Shown here piece by piece: positions 1 through 8,759 of a stretch of 14,306 bases of DNA; position 1 is the first letter of the stretch; each line of letters opens with the position of its first letter. The notes under the pieces were generated by a model. That model was not told where the DNA came from. It made no database searches and worked only from the letters and a program-made list of their open reading frames with translations. Made by a program: the position numbers and the translations under genes. The DNA is from Campylobacterota bacterium. GTDB lineage: Bacteria; Campylobacterota; Campylobacteria; Campylobacterales; Sulfurovaceae. The stretch is from NCBI GenBank assembly GCA_034722955.1, contig JAYEOM010000062.1:1-14306 (forward strand), in the 5' to 3' direction.

Positions 1-60
1 TACCCCTCTATTGATGATATGATAATAACCTGCTATCTCTATGCGTGGTTTTCTTGGCAT
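1..60 (-). CDS. HUH/Y1 tyrosine transposase, RAYT/TnpA-REP-like (Y1_Tnp family), 5' end only; runs off the left edge of the window
   Basis: The reverse complement of 1-60 translates to MPRKPRIEIAGYYHIINRGV with no stop. This matches the typical N-terminus (MPRxxR...YH[IV]xxRG) of this transposase family. An RBS (AAAGGAG, rc of 67-73) lies 6 nt before the ATG, and REP-like repeats are immediately upstream. Only 20 codons are visible, so the HUH and catalytic Tyr motifs are not seen. Confidence 0.75.
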   Translation of the reverse strand, partial: MPRKPRIEIAGYYHIINRGV

Positions 61-98
61 CACTATCTCCTTTGTTTGGTAGTATAGATTATGAATAC

Positions 99-124
99 TT
101 AGTTGTAGTTGTTACCTGACTCCT
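99..124 (-). repeat. Type-A REP-like repeat, single copy upstream of the transposase (minus strand AGGAGTCAGGTAACAACTACAACTAA)
   Basis: ttagttgtagttgttacctgactcct (99-124) matches 14208-14233 (ttagttgtagttgttacctgacccct) at 25/26 positions. Confidence 0.85.
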
Positions 125-198
125 TAATTATATCATCTCTAAAATGGAGTATAAGATATTTGAAAATAGATTGATAGGTTGTATAGGTTGTATTTTGT

Positions 199-280
199 GT
201 AGGGTCGGTTCACCGACCAATCACATGCAAACAAAAACCGTTGAAACCAATTGAATAGATGGTCTATAAATAGACCCTAC
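199..280. repeat. Type-B inverted GTAG-REP doublet (REPIN-like); may also act as terminator or mRNA stabiliser for frdCAB
   Basis: 199-218 (+): GTAG-GGTCGGT-TC-ACCGACC. 261-280 (-): GTAG-GGTCTAT-TT-ATAGACC. Both have GTAG + 7-bp stem + 2-nt loop, face each other across a 42-nt spacer, and end 53 nt past the frdB stop. Confidence 0.8.
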
Positions 281-333
281 GGTTGCAACCATTAGGCAAT
301 TAGGCTACCCTTAGGAAGTTACCAAAAACAGAT

Positions 334-1083
334 CTACCTCACCCCTGCCATTTTGCGTCTCATATAGGCTATCTTTGTCTGTAGTGGCAGATCTTTTGGG
401 CAGTGGTCTTGGCATCCTAGTAGGGTCATGCAGCCAAATACTCCGTTATCGTCGCCTATGAGTTCGTAGAAGTCATCATCTGTTCTCTCGTCGTGTGGGT
501 CTATGGCAAATCTTGCGGAGCGGTTTAATCCTACTGCACCTACAAAATCCTCTTTCATTATCCTAGTAGAGCAGCTAGCTAGACAGATACCGCACTCTAT
601 GCAGCGGTCAAGCTCAAAGACCTCATCGGCTACGCTAGGCTCTATGGGTTTTTCTAGTTTGGATATATCGGTCTGCTCAGTGGTGTGTATCCAGCTCTCT
701 ACTTTGATACTCATCGCATTCATCCAGTTGCCTGTATCGATGGAGAGGTCTTTTATATGTTGAAATGTCGGGAGAGGCGATAGAGTTATCTTGCCATCTT
801 CAAACTCACTTGTGAGAGTTTTGCAAGCCAATCTTGGGCGACCGTTGACTACCATCGAGCAGCTACCGCATATACCGGCTCTACAGACAAAGTCAAAACT
901 CAAGTCGTGATCTATACTCGTAGCGATTTTGGTTAGTGCTATGTAGAGTGTCATCCCTGGGGTCTCTGTGAGGGTGTAGTCTTGGTATCTTGGGGTAGAT
1001 TCGCTACTGTTTGGGTCGTATCGGAAGATAGTGAGAGTCACCTCTCTGCCTTGGGTCTTATCTAGTGAATGGTTACTATTCAT
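334..1083 (-). CDS. frdB: Fumarate reductase iron-sulfur subunit
   Basis: [2Fe-2S] motif CRAGICGSC...C, plus [11 protein letters not shown] and [12 protein letters not shown] ([4Fe-4S]/[3Fe-4S]); overlaps the frdA stop by 8 nt. Confidence 0.97.
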   Translation of the reverse strand: MNSNHSLDKTQGREVTLTIFRYDPNSSESTPRYQDYTLTETPGMTLYIALTKIATSIDHDLSFDFVCRAGICGSCSMVVNGRPRLACKTLTSEFEDGKITLSPLPTFQHIKDLSIDTGNWMNAMSIKVESWIHTTEQTDISKLEKPIEPSVADEVFELDRCIECGICLASCSTRIMKEDFVGAVGLNRSARFAIDPHDERTDDDFYELIGDDNGVFGCMTLLGCQDHCPKDLPLQTKIAYMRRKMAGVR

Positions 1084-3061
1084 ATCCTACTCCTACTCTC
1101 TCGTTTTTATCTTTGAAATTTAGCGGTAGCTCATAAGGCATAAGCGCATCCTGCAGCTCAAACCTATCGCACCCTGTTAGCTTCTCTTTGATACTCTCTA
1201 TCTCTTCGGCTCTTTTTGAGCTTAGGGGATTTTCTATCAGTGAGCCTTTGCGTCCATATCCTCTAAAGGCAGGGGCTAGCTCCATGGTGGATATATCTAT
1301 CTCCTCATAGGTGATAGTAGGCAGTGTGTCATCTGGCTTTTCCCAAGTGGTTATCGTCCTCCTGAGCCAGTTGGCATCATCTCTTTTGGTGTAGTCCTCA
1401 CGATAGTGAGCTCCTCTACTCTCTGTTCGCTCTAACGCCCCTCTAGCTACACAAAGAGCTAGTTTGAGCATTTTTGGTACTCTGTAAGCTTCATTGAGTT
1501 CAGGGTTGTTCCCTCGTATCTTGGAGCCTACATTGATCTGTTTGCTCTTTTTGAGTAGCTCTTCTAGCTCATCTACAGCTTTTTTGAGTCCTTCGCCATT
1601 GCGAAATATCCCTACTTCATCTTGCATGATGTTTCTCATAGCATCTTTGATATCAAAGATATTTTCATCTCCATTATAGGCTAAAATCTCATCAAGATAG
1701 TCAGACTGATCTTCTAAAAACTTCTCTATAGTTTCAGTATTTGCCGTGAGATGTGTATCGTGACAGTAGTTGGCAAAATACTCACCTACTATCATGCCAG
1801 ATACAACAGCCTCACTCACAGAGTTGCCTCCTAGACGGTTGAACCCATGCAGGTCCCAACAAGAGGCTTCACCAGCACAGAAAAGCCCCTGCATAGTGGT
1901 ACTCTCTCCTGTGGCTTTGGTGCGGATACCGCCCATAGAGTAGTGTTGCATAGGTAGGACTGGCATCCACCCTTTGGCTCCCTCATCTGCTGGGTCTATA
2001 CCGTTAAAAGTCTTGGAGATATCTTGTACATCTCTTAGATTTTTCTCTATATGCTCTCGTCCTAGTATAGATATATCCAGCCACAGGTGCTGACCATACG
2101 GGGAGTCTACACCTTTGCCTGCTCTGATATGCTCTATCATCCTGCGACTCACTACATCTCTACTAGCTAACTCTTTCTTCTCTGGCTCATAGTCTGGCAT
2201 AAACCGATAGCCATCCCTATCACGCAGTATCCCTCCATCACCCCTACACCCCTCGGTGAGAAGTATACCTGATGGGACGATAGGAGTTGGGTGGAACTGT
2301 ACGGCTTCCATGTTGCCTAGTGTGGCAATACCTGTCTCCAAGGCTATGGCTACACCTACACCTTTGCAGATAGTGGCATTGGTAGACTGCTTATATATGC
2401 GTCCATATCCACCTGTGGCTATCATCGTGCCTTTGGCGATATAGGCTATAAGATCACCGTTTTTAAGGTCACGCACTATCACACCTGCACACTTGCCATC
2501 TTCGTGAATGATGGAGATAGCCTCTTTTTTATCGTGAATGATAACATCCCTTTTGAGGGCTTCATTTGCCACAGCAAAGAGCATCGTGTGACCTGTAGCA
2601 TCTGCCGTGTAGCAGGTACGCCACTTTTTAGTGCCTCCAAAGTCTCGTGAGTTGATGAGTCCGTGAGCTTCATCACTCTCTGTGATCGTCTCTTTTTTGG
2701 AGTTGATGATGACATCTCTATCACCTTTGCCTATACGCGTCCACGGCACACCCCAAGCGGCTAATTCGCGGATAGCTTTGGGTGCAGTGGTGACAAACAT
2801 CCGTGCGACATCTTGGTCACACCCCCAGTCACTCCCTCTGACAGTATCTCCAAAATGCACATCTTCGTTATCGCCTTGACTCATCACGGTATTGCCTAGG
2901 CTGGCTTGCATACCACCTTGTGCTGCTGCGGAGTGTGAGCGTTTGACGGGCACCATGCTGAGTACGATGGTATCTAACCCTTTCTCTTTGGTGGCTATGG
3001 CTGTACGCAATCCTGCCAATCCTCCACCTACTATAAGGGCATCTGTGTATATTATCTTCAT
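1076..3061 (-). CDS. frdA: Fumarate reductase flavoprotein subunit
   Basis: GGGLAG FAD-binding motif, [10 protein letters not shown] with covalent-FAD His43, [45 protein letters not shown]; 661 aa. Confidence 0.98.
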   Translation of the reverse strand: MKIIYTDALIVGGGLAGLRTAIATKEKGLDTIVLSMVPVKRSHSAAAQGGMQASLGNTVMSQGDNEDVHFGDTVRGSDWGCDQDVARMFVTTAPKAIRELAAWGVPWTRIGKGDRDVIINSKKETITESDEAHGLINSRDFGGTKKWRTCYTADATGHTMLFAVANEALKRDVIIHDKKEAISIIHEDGKCAGVIVRDLKNGDLIAYIAKGTMIATGGYGRIYKQSTNATICKGVGVAIALETGIATLGNMEAVQFHPTPIVPSGILLTEGCRGDGGILRDRDGYRFMPDYEPEKKELASRDVVSRRMIEHIRAGKGVDSPYGQHLWLDISILGREHIEKNLRDVQDISKTFNGIDPADEGAKGWMPVLPMQHYSMGGIRTKATGESTTMQGLFCAGEASCWDLHGFNRLGGNSVSEAVVSGMIVGEYFANYCHDTHLTANTETIEKFLEDQSDYLDEILAYNGDENIFDIKDAMRNIMQDEVGIFRNGEGLKKAVDELEELLKKSKQINVGSKIRGNNPELNEAYRVPKMLKLALCVARGALERTESRGAHYREDYTKRDDANWLRRTITTWEKPDDTLPTITYEEIDISTMELAPAFRGYGRKGSLIENPLSSKRAEEIESIKEKLTGCDRFELQDALMPYELPLNFKDKNERVGVGYE

Positions 3062-3831
3062 TATTTCTGCTCCGATTGTTGGCTTGTCTGGGTGTATCTC
3101 TCACCATAGTTTGCTTGATGCTCTGCCCCTATCTTCATATAGGCTATTAGTGTCATAGCTCCTAGTACGAGCATAACAGTTGTGAGTATTATCTTGGCTT
3201 TTTTGAGTTTTTTTCTGCTCTCTTCGGCGGTGGCATCTGAGTACCATCCCCACTTGAGACTCAAGCGATAGAGACCGATAGAGCCGTGAAACTCTACAGC
3301 TATTAGCAACACTATATATAGAGGCCACATCCAGTCACTATAGACTCTATCTGATGATGCATAAGGACCGATATTGCCAGGGTTGGTGAGCATAATATAG
3401 AGGTGTATAGAGCCTAGAAACAAGAGGGCAAATCCTGTGATAGCTTGGATGATCCATAGCTTGGTATCACTATGATTCATAAGTCCTGAGTGAGTACGCA
3501 GACGCATAGCTTCACGGTATGAGATAGGAAACTTCCTCATAGCCAAAAATGCATGAAGGATAAATATCACAAATACGGTAGCAATAGAGATGAAGACAGG
3601 TATACTGCTGCCCCCCTCAAAGATGAAACTAAGCTCAAAAGCCTGAGTGACAGCCATCATAAAATCTTTGCTGATGAGTATCGTAGAGACAAATAGCATA
3701 TGAAATATCATAAAAATTGCCAATACCAATCCAGTAACACTCTGCAGGAGATCCAATCTCGCTGGAATTCGGCTCTTTTTTTTCTGAGCATCTTTTTGGG
3801 TCAACAGTTCAATAACATGGTCGTTTTGCAC
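3061..3831 (-). CDS. frdC: Fumarate reductase dihaem cytochrome b subunit (type B, Wolinella-like)
   Basis: 256-aa multi-TM protein. His44, His93, His143, His182, Glu66 and Glu180 fall at the same positions as in W. succinogenes FrdC. GTG start with AAGGA RBS; TAATG coupling to frdA. Confidence 0.96.
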   Translation of the reverse strand: MQNDHVIELLTQKDAQKKKSRIPARLDLLQSVTGLVLAIFMIFHMLFVSTILISKDFMMAVTQAFELSFIFEGGSSIPVFISIATVFVIFILHAFLAMRKFPISYREAMRLRTHSGLMNHSDTKLWIIQAITGFALLFLGSIHLYIMLTNPGNIGPYASSDRVYSDWMWPLYIVLLIAVEFHGSIGLYRLSLKWGWYSDATAEESRKKLKKAKIILTTVMLVLGAMTLIAYMKIGAEHQANYGERYTQTSQQSEQK

Positions 3832-3860
3832 GGACTAATCCTTCTATAAGATATAATAAT

Positions 3861-3883
3861 ATTTTAACAAACTTTATCTTAAA
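3861..3883 (-). promoter_or_regulatory. Putative sigma70 extended -10 promoter for frdCAB
   Basis: TGTTAAAAT (rc of 3861-3869) with TTTAAG upstream (rc of 3878-3883), about 30 nt before the GTG. Confidence 0.5.
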
Positions 3884-3920
3884 GTAAAAATATTTGTACA
3901 ATGTTTTTTTAGTAAAGATA

Positions 3921-3929
3921 TGTTAGGAT
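3921..3929 (+). promoter_or_regulatory. Putative extended -10 for the AAA+/VWA operon
   Basis: TGTTAGGAT 21 nt upstream of ATG 3951; imperfect match to consensus. Confidence 0.3.
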
Positions 3930-3950
3930 GTATAAAAAAGAGTCCTAATC

Positions 3951-4961
3951 ATGAAAGCCAGTGAAATTACTACTGTTATCAACCAGCTTATAATCAAAAA
4001 ACTACCTGTTTTTATCTGGGGAGCACCGGGTATAGGTAAATCATCTATCGTCAAAGAGATTGCGAGGGAGAATAGTCTCAAGTTCATAGATCTGAGGCTA
4101 TCACTGCTAGATCCTACTGACCTGAAGGGGATACCATTTTTTGATGAGCAGAGCAGGGAAGGGGTTTGGGCGAAGCCTAGTTTCCTCCCAAAAGAGGATG
4201 ATGAGAGTCAAGGGATACTTTTTCTCGATGAGATCAATACAGCTCCTCCGGCAGTACAAGCCTCAGCATATCAGCTTATCTTAGATAGGAGAGTAGGGGA
4301 GTATCAGCTGCCTGATGGGTGGAGTATTATCGCTGCGGGTAATAGAGAAAATGATAGAGGGGTGATATATAAGATGCCACCGCCATTGGCAAATCGATTT
4401 GTTCACTTTGAGATGGAGGTTGATTTTGAAGATTGGAAGATTTGGGCTTTTGCTAAAGGTATAGATGCCTCTATCATCTCATTTTTGGCTTTTGATAAAG
4501 AGATGCTGTTTACCTTTGACCCCACTAGCAACGAGAAGAGTTTTGCTACACCTAGATCTTGGGAGTATGTCGATACTATCATCAAGAGTGATATCCAAGA
4601 TAGTTTGATATTAGATAGTATCAGTGGGGCTGTCGGGCGTGAAGGTGCGATAAACTATATCAGCTTCAAGCGTGTGATGAAGCAGCTGCCTGATCTAAAC
4701 TCCATCCTAAATGGTGATATAGAGGAGATAGACGATAGTGATGATCCCAAGATCATGATAGCACTAAGTATCGGTCTGATCAATGCCCTGAGAGACTCCT
4801 CGAATGATAAACATATAGATAATATCTTGAAGTTATCTATGAATATCCCTGCGGAATACTCCATCATGCTCGTAAAAGATATGCAGCTCAATGGTATCGA
4901 TATTGAAGGCTCTCCGCTATGGGGTGATTGGGTGCAGAAGTTTGCCTATCTCTTGGTATAA
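3951..4961 (+). CDS. MoxR-type AAA+ ATPase (AAA_5-like)
   Basis: Walker A GAPGIGKS, Walker B ILFLDEIN, sensor-1 AAGN, PPLANRF arginine finger and TPRSW; lies 3 nt upstream of a VWA gene. Confidence 0.9.
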   Translation: MKASEITTVINQLIIKKLPVFIWGAPGIGKSSIVKEIARENSLKFIDLRLSLLDPTDLKGIPFFDEQSREGVWAKPSFLPKEDDESQGILFLDEINTAPPAVQASAYQLILDRRVGEYQLPDGWSIIAAGNRENDRGVIYKMPPPLANRFVHFEMEVDFEDWKIWAFAKGIDASIISFLAFDKEMLFTFDPTSNEKSFATPRSWEYVDTIIKSDIQDSLILDSISGAVGREGAINYISFKRVMKQLPDLNSILNGDIEEIDDSDDPKIMIALSIGLINALRDSSNDKHIDNILKLSMNIPAEYSIMLVKDMQLNGIDIEGSPLWGDWVQKFAYLLV

Positions 4962-4964
4962 TCT

Positions 4965-6104
4965 ATGAACTACCGAGATAAGATAGCAAAAGCAAAAGCA
5001 AAACTTATGCTCGATCATCCATACTTTGGTACTATAGCATCATCTCTGCAGATAGAGAAGAGTGGAGATATAGAGTCATTTATATCTGATGGAGCGACAC
5101 TGCAATACAGTGATGACTACTTTGATGAAGCTAGAGTGGAGGATATAGAGTTTGCTCTAGCCAATGGTGCTATGCATGCCATCCTCAAGCACCAAGCTAG
5201 AGTGGCTAGTCGTCAGGATAGACTATGGCAACTATCTACTGACTACACTATCAACAGTATGTTGCTCGCAAACGGTTTGGAGCTTCCGCCAAGAGCTAAC
5301 TATCAAGAGCGTTTTGAGGGTATGTATGCAGAGGAGATATATGAGATACTCCGATCAGAGATCAGCGATGAAGAGATAGTCCAAGATGAGTCTACAGAGC
5401 CACAGGATGATCAAGATGGTCTGGATCGTCAGAGAGATCAAGCAGAAGAGAGTCAAGAGCATAGAGATGTAGAGATCGATGAGGAGTTCTTGGAGCAGGT
5501 TTTCAAAAAGATGAACCGTCAAGGGACGCTGCCTAAAGATCTCAAATTTGTTATACCACAAGCTTTTAGCCATCAGGTAGACTGGAGAGAGATACTATAC
5601 CGCTATATAGCATCACATGCCAAGAGTAGTTTCTCCTTTATGCCACCTAATAGAAAGTATCTCTATAGGGGTATCTATCTACCTAGTCTCAGCTCAGATC
5701 TATTGTCTATCGTGATTGCGATCGATAGTTCCGGATCTGTAGATGAGAACCTTTTAGGAGTTTTTTTGGGAGAAGTAGAGTCGATCACACAGCAGTATCC
5801 TAACTATGAGATAGATATCATAGTCGCTGATGCCAAGATACAGTCGCATGAGATTTTCCTCCCTGGAGAGAGACTTAGCTACGGTATCAAGGGGCGGGGC
5901 GGGACAGACTTCAGACCTGTTTTTGACTATATAGATAAGATGATAGATTATCCTACGCTACTACTGTACTTTACCGATGGTATGGGGACATTTCCAACAG
6001 AAGAGCCACCCTATGATCTACTCTGGGTGATGCCTGAGGAGAGAGAGACCCCCTTCGGCGAAGTGGTGTTGATAGAGGATATGGAGAAAAAAGATTCTAT
6101 TTGA
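4965..6104 (+). CDS. DUF2201-type protein: N-terminal metallopeptidase-like domain (degenerate), acidic linker and C-terminal VWA domain
   Basis: MIDAS DSSGS, GGTDF and YFTDG in the VWA domain. N-terminal HPYFG, SDG, LANGAMHAILKH and WQLSTDYTIN align by eye with the family's PF[FY]G, TDG, HExxHxxxxH and WNxAxDxxIN motifs. Confidence 0.85.
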   Translation: MNYRDKIAKAKAKLMLDHPYFGTIASSLQIEKSGDIESFISDGATLQYSDDYFDEARVEDIEFALANGAMHAILKHQARVASRQDRLWQLSTDYTINSMLLANGLELPPRANYQERFEGMYAEEIYEILRSEISDEEIVQDESTEPQDDQDGLDRQRDQAEESQEHRDVEIDEEFLEQVFKKMNRQGTLPKDLKFVIPQAFSHQVDWREILYRYIASHAKSSFSFMPPNRKYLYRGIYLPSLSSDLLSIVIAIDSSGSVDENLLGVFLGEVESITQQYPNYEIDIIVADAKIQSHEIFLPGERLSYGIKGRGGTDFRPVFDYIDKMIDYPTLLLYFTDGMGTFPTEEPPYDLLWVMPEERETPFGEVVLIEDMEKKDSI

Positions 6105-6294
6105 CGATCTCTTTGACCCGACCAACTTCACGACTCATCAGTCGTACTTTGATCCCATGAGGGTGCTGTGGTGACTTGGTGAGTATGTCACGCACTACTC
6201 CATAAGTGATAGTGCCTGTAGATTGATCCTCTTTGAGGATGATACCTACATCAAGACCGCTTCTGATATTTTTCCTGAGTGTGCCATTCATCAT
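6097..6294 (-). CDS. ywbE: YwbE (DUF2196) family protein
   Basis: LKEDQ.TG.IT.GVV.DILT.S..HPHGIKVRL...VGRVKEI signature; GGAG RBS; the start could be 6291; convergent 8-nt overlap with the VWA gene. Confidence 0.88.
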   Translation of the reverse strand: MMNGTLRKNIRSGLDVGIILKEDQSTGTITYGVVRDILTKSPQHPHGIKVRLMSREVGRVKEIVK

Positions 6295-6309
6295 CTATGC
6301 TCCATAGGG

Positions 6310-7215
6310 CTATCCGATAAATTTGCCATTGCTGCTTCTCTGTGCATCCATAATCTCTATCTCTCTAGCACCTGATATTACAACCTGAGGATTGAGAGTA
6401 TAGTCCAAATCCATATTTCTATCTTCATAGTTCACTGAGTTCAAGATCACTTTTATCGCTTCAAGTCTAGCCTGTTGCTTAACATTTGATCTGATAACAG
6501 TCCAAGGAGCATTGTGTGAATTGGTTCGCTTGAGCATCTCATATTTGGTATTGGTGAAGTCATCCCATCTATCCTGTGCCTGTACATCGATCTCACTAAG
6601 TTTCCACTGTCTGAGCGGATCGGTTTTTCTCCTCTCAAATCTTCTAGCCTGCTCATCTTTGGTCACAGAGAAGTAGAGTTTTATGAGGATGACACCCTGT
6701 CTTGTCAAATCTTTTTCAAATCCTTTGACCCCCTTCATAAAGTCATCATACTCTTTCTGGGAACAGAAGCCAAAGACAGACTCTACCATCGCTCTATTGT
6801 ACCAACTGCGGTCAAATAGAACGATCTCTCCGGCTCGTGGAAAGTGAGAAATATATTTTTGGTAAAACCACTGTGTTTTCTGTTCATCTGTTGGCTTGCC
6901 TAGGGCTACTATACGATAGTGCTTCTCATTCATATACCTAGCGACTCGTCGTATGGTTCCGCCTTTTCCTGCTGCATCACGCCCCTCAAATAGAATGATC
7001 ATCTTCTGATTGGTGTTTTCGATATGTCTTTGCAATTTGATCAGTTCAGCTTGATATGGCTTGAGTGCTCGTTCATCAGTTCTCTTCTTTACAGCTTTGA
7101 TTACTGCATCATCGTTTGATTTTGTCTCCATATAGACTTGCATGAGCTCATCTAACGAGATGGTATCTCCATCTATCTCAAATATTTTCTGATCATCATC
7201 TTGAATGATTTCCAT
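6310..7215 (-). CDS. ppk2: Polyphosphate kinase 2
   Basis: FEGRDAAGKGG (Walker A), FDRSWYNR (Walker B), RF..R..DPLRQWKLS lid and APWTVI; AAGGA RBS; TATAAT at rc of 7249-7254. Confidence 0.96.
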   Translation of the reverse strand: MEIIQDDDQKIFEIDGDTISLDELMQVYMETKSNDDAVIKAVKKRTDERALKPYQAELIKLQRHIENTNQKMIILFEGRDAAGKGGTIRRVARYMNEKHYRIVALGKPTDEQKTQWFYQKYISHFPRAGEIVLFDRSWYNRAMVESVFGFCSQKEYDDFMKGVKGFEKDLTRQGVILIKLYFSVTKDEQARRFERRKTDPLRQWKLSEIDVQAQDRWDDFTNTKYEMLKRTNSHNAPWTVIRSNVKQQARLEAIKVILNSVNYEDRNMDLDYTLNPQVVISGAREIEIMDAQRSSNGKFIG

Positions 7216-7266
7216 CTATTATCCTTTTATAACAAATTGTATAGATCAATTATACTCCTATTACTC

Positions 7267-7836
7267 TTATACCTTTTTGAGAAACTTGGAGAGTAAGACG
7301 ATGCGTGTACCATTGACGCGTCCCTCTATCTGCTCTGGATTATCTGTAAGTGAGATATTTTTGACGACAGTTCCACGCTTGGCAGTAAAGCCTGCACCTT
7401 TGACTTCAAGATCCTTGATGATAGTGACACTATCTCCACCCTCAAGCAGTGCACCATTGCTATCTCTAGTCGGGTCTATATGGTCTGTTATCTCTTCACC
7501 CCAAGCATCTGCCCAACTTTTGACTTCTGCTTCCATATATAGCATATCTAGGAGATCTTGCGGCCACCCCTCATCTGCGATACGCGTCAACATACGATAT
7601 ACCACCACTTGGACAGCTGGCTCTTGACTCCACATACTATCATTGAGACAACGCCAATGGTTTGGGTCGCTCTTTTGTGGATCTTCGATCTGCTCTAGGC
7701 AGCTACCGCATACCAAAATAGACTCTGATGCACTACCACTGGAAGGCGGTACTTCATAGATGCTCAAGCTTTCAGTAGAGGTACAGAGTTCACAAGCTCC
7801 ACTGCTTCGCGTCATTAACTCATCATAGATACTCAT
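7267..7836 (-). CDS. phnA: PhnA/YjdM-family protein with N-terminal Cys-rich (Zn-binding) region
   Basis: CELC...CGSC and HWRCLNDSMWS; C-terminal DSNG..L..GDSVT.IKDL.VKGA...KRGT.VKNI.L...FLKK PhnA_C signature. Confidence 0.85.
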   Translation of the reverse strand: MSIYDELMTRSSGACELCTSTESLSIYEVPPSSGSASESILVCGSCLEQIEDPQKSDPNHWRCLNDSMWSQEPAVQVVVYRMLTRIADEGWPQDLLDMLYMEAEVKSWADAWGEEITDHIDPTRDSNGALLEGGDSVTIIKDLEVKGAGFTAKRGTVVKNISLTDNPEQIEGRVNGTRIVLLSKFLKKV

Positions 7837-7876
7837 CGTTTATATCCTTAAAATTTTTTGTTTATCCCTAAACGCT

Positions 7877-7885
7877 ATTTTAGCA
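7877..7885 (-). promoter_or_regulatory. Putative extended -10 promoter for phnA
   Basis: TGCTAAAAT on the minus strand, 40 nt upstream of the ATG. Confidence 0.45.
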
Positions 7886-7977
7886 ACTCTATTGCACAAT
7901 TTGGGTTAAAGAGTATTTGAGAGGTACTCATAAGCAGATCTAAGCTATAGTTTTGAGATATTTTACAAGGATGAACA

Positions 7978-8508
7978 ATGGAGAAGATAAAAATTGGTGT
8001 AGTTACGACAAGTGATCGAGCTAGTCGAGGGATATATGAAGATATTTCTGGTGTAGCGATTATGGAGACGATGAGAGAGTATCTGCTAAATGAGTGTGAG
8101 TATGAGTATCGCTGTATCGCTGATGAGCAGGAGTTGATAGAGAACACTTTGATCGGTTTGGCAAACATGAAGTGCGATCTTATCGTAACGACAGGTGGTA
8201 CCGGTCCTGCCCCTAGAGATGTCACGACAGAGGCTACAGAGCGTGTATGTGACAAACTACTGCCCGGCTTTGGTGAGCAGATGAGAGCTGTGAGTCTACA
8301 GTATGTCCCTACCGCTATATTGTCTCGTCAGACAGCAGGTATATGCAAAAAATCATTGATCATCAATCTCCCAGGAAAACCCAAATCCATCAGAGAGTGT
8401 CTCGATGCTGTTTTCCCTGCTGTACCATACTGTATCGATCTGATAGGCGGCAACTATATGGAAGCCAACGAAGAGATCATCAAGATATTCAGACCAAAAC
8501 AAAAATAA
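7978..8508 (+). CDS. mog: Molybdopterin adenylyltransferase
   Basis: SDRAS.G.YED.SG, TTGGTGPAPRDVT, LPGFGEQMR, AILSRQTAG and NLPGKPKSI motifs; AAGGA RBS. Confidence 0.96.
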   Translation: MEKIKIGVVTTSDRASRGIYEDISGVAIMETMREYLLNECEYEYRCIADEQELIENTLIGLANMKCDLIVTTGGTGPAPRDVTTEATERVCDKLLPGFGEQMRAVSLQYVPTAILSRQTAGICKKSLIINLPGKPKSIRECLDAVFPAVPYCIDLIGGNYMEANEEIIKIFRPKQK

Positions 8509-8537
8509 ACCATACTAAATAATATCAAGGTAGAAAA

Positions 8538-8744
8538 ATGGATATAAATTTTATAGAAAAAAAACTAAATGAGATCTATCAAGAGTTAGAGAGAGAGGTG
8601 ATGGAGGTTGTGATGGATGAGAGCTTGGATAAGAAAGATACTAACCTCAGGATGAAACCACTCACATCAACAAAGCAGATACTTACCAATGCTATGGATA
8701 GTATAAAGATGGTTGATCGCCTCTCTAGAGAGAGTAGAGAGTAG
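8538..8744 (+). CDS. Hypothetical helical protein (68 aa)
   Basis: AAGG RBS, 29 nt after mog, helical charged composition and no competing ORF; function unknown. Confidence 0.75.
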   Translation: MDINFIEKKLNEIYQELEREVMEVVMDESLDKKDTNLRMKPLTSTKQILTNAMDSIKMVDRLSRESRE

Positions 8745-8759
8745 AGCTACAGGTCAAGG

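Noticed and set aside
99..124. The recurring 26-nt repeat as a CRISPR direct repeat
   Set aside because: There is no array with regular spacers; the copies are 14 kb apart or inverted, and no cas genes are present.
2363..2368. FrdA ICKG where I recall xCEG in epsilonproteobacterial homologues
   Set aside because: The comparison is from memory only, the site is not a known catalytic residue, and all catalytic motifs are intact.
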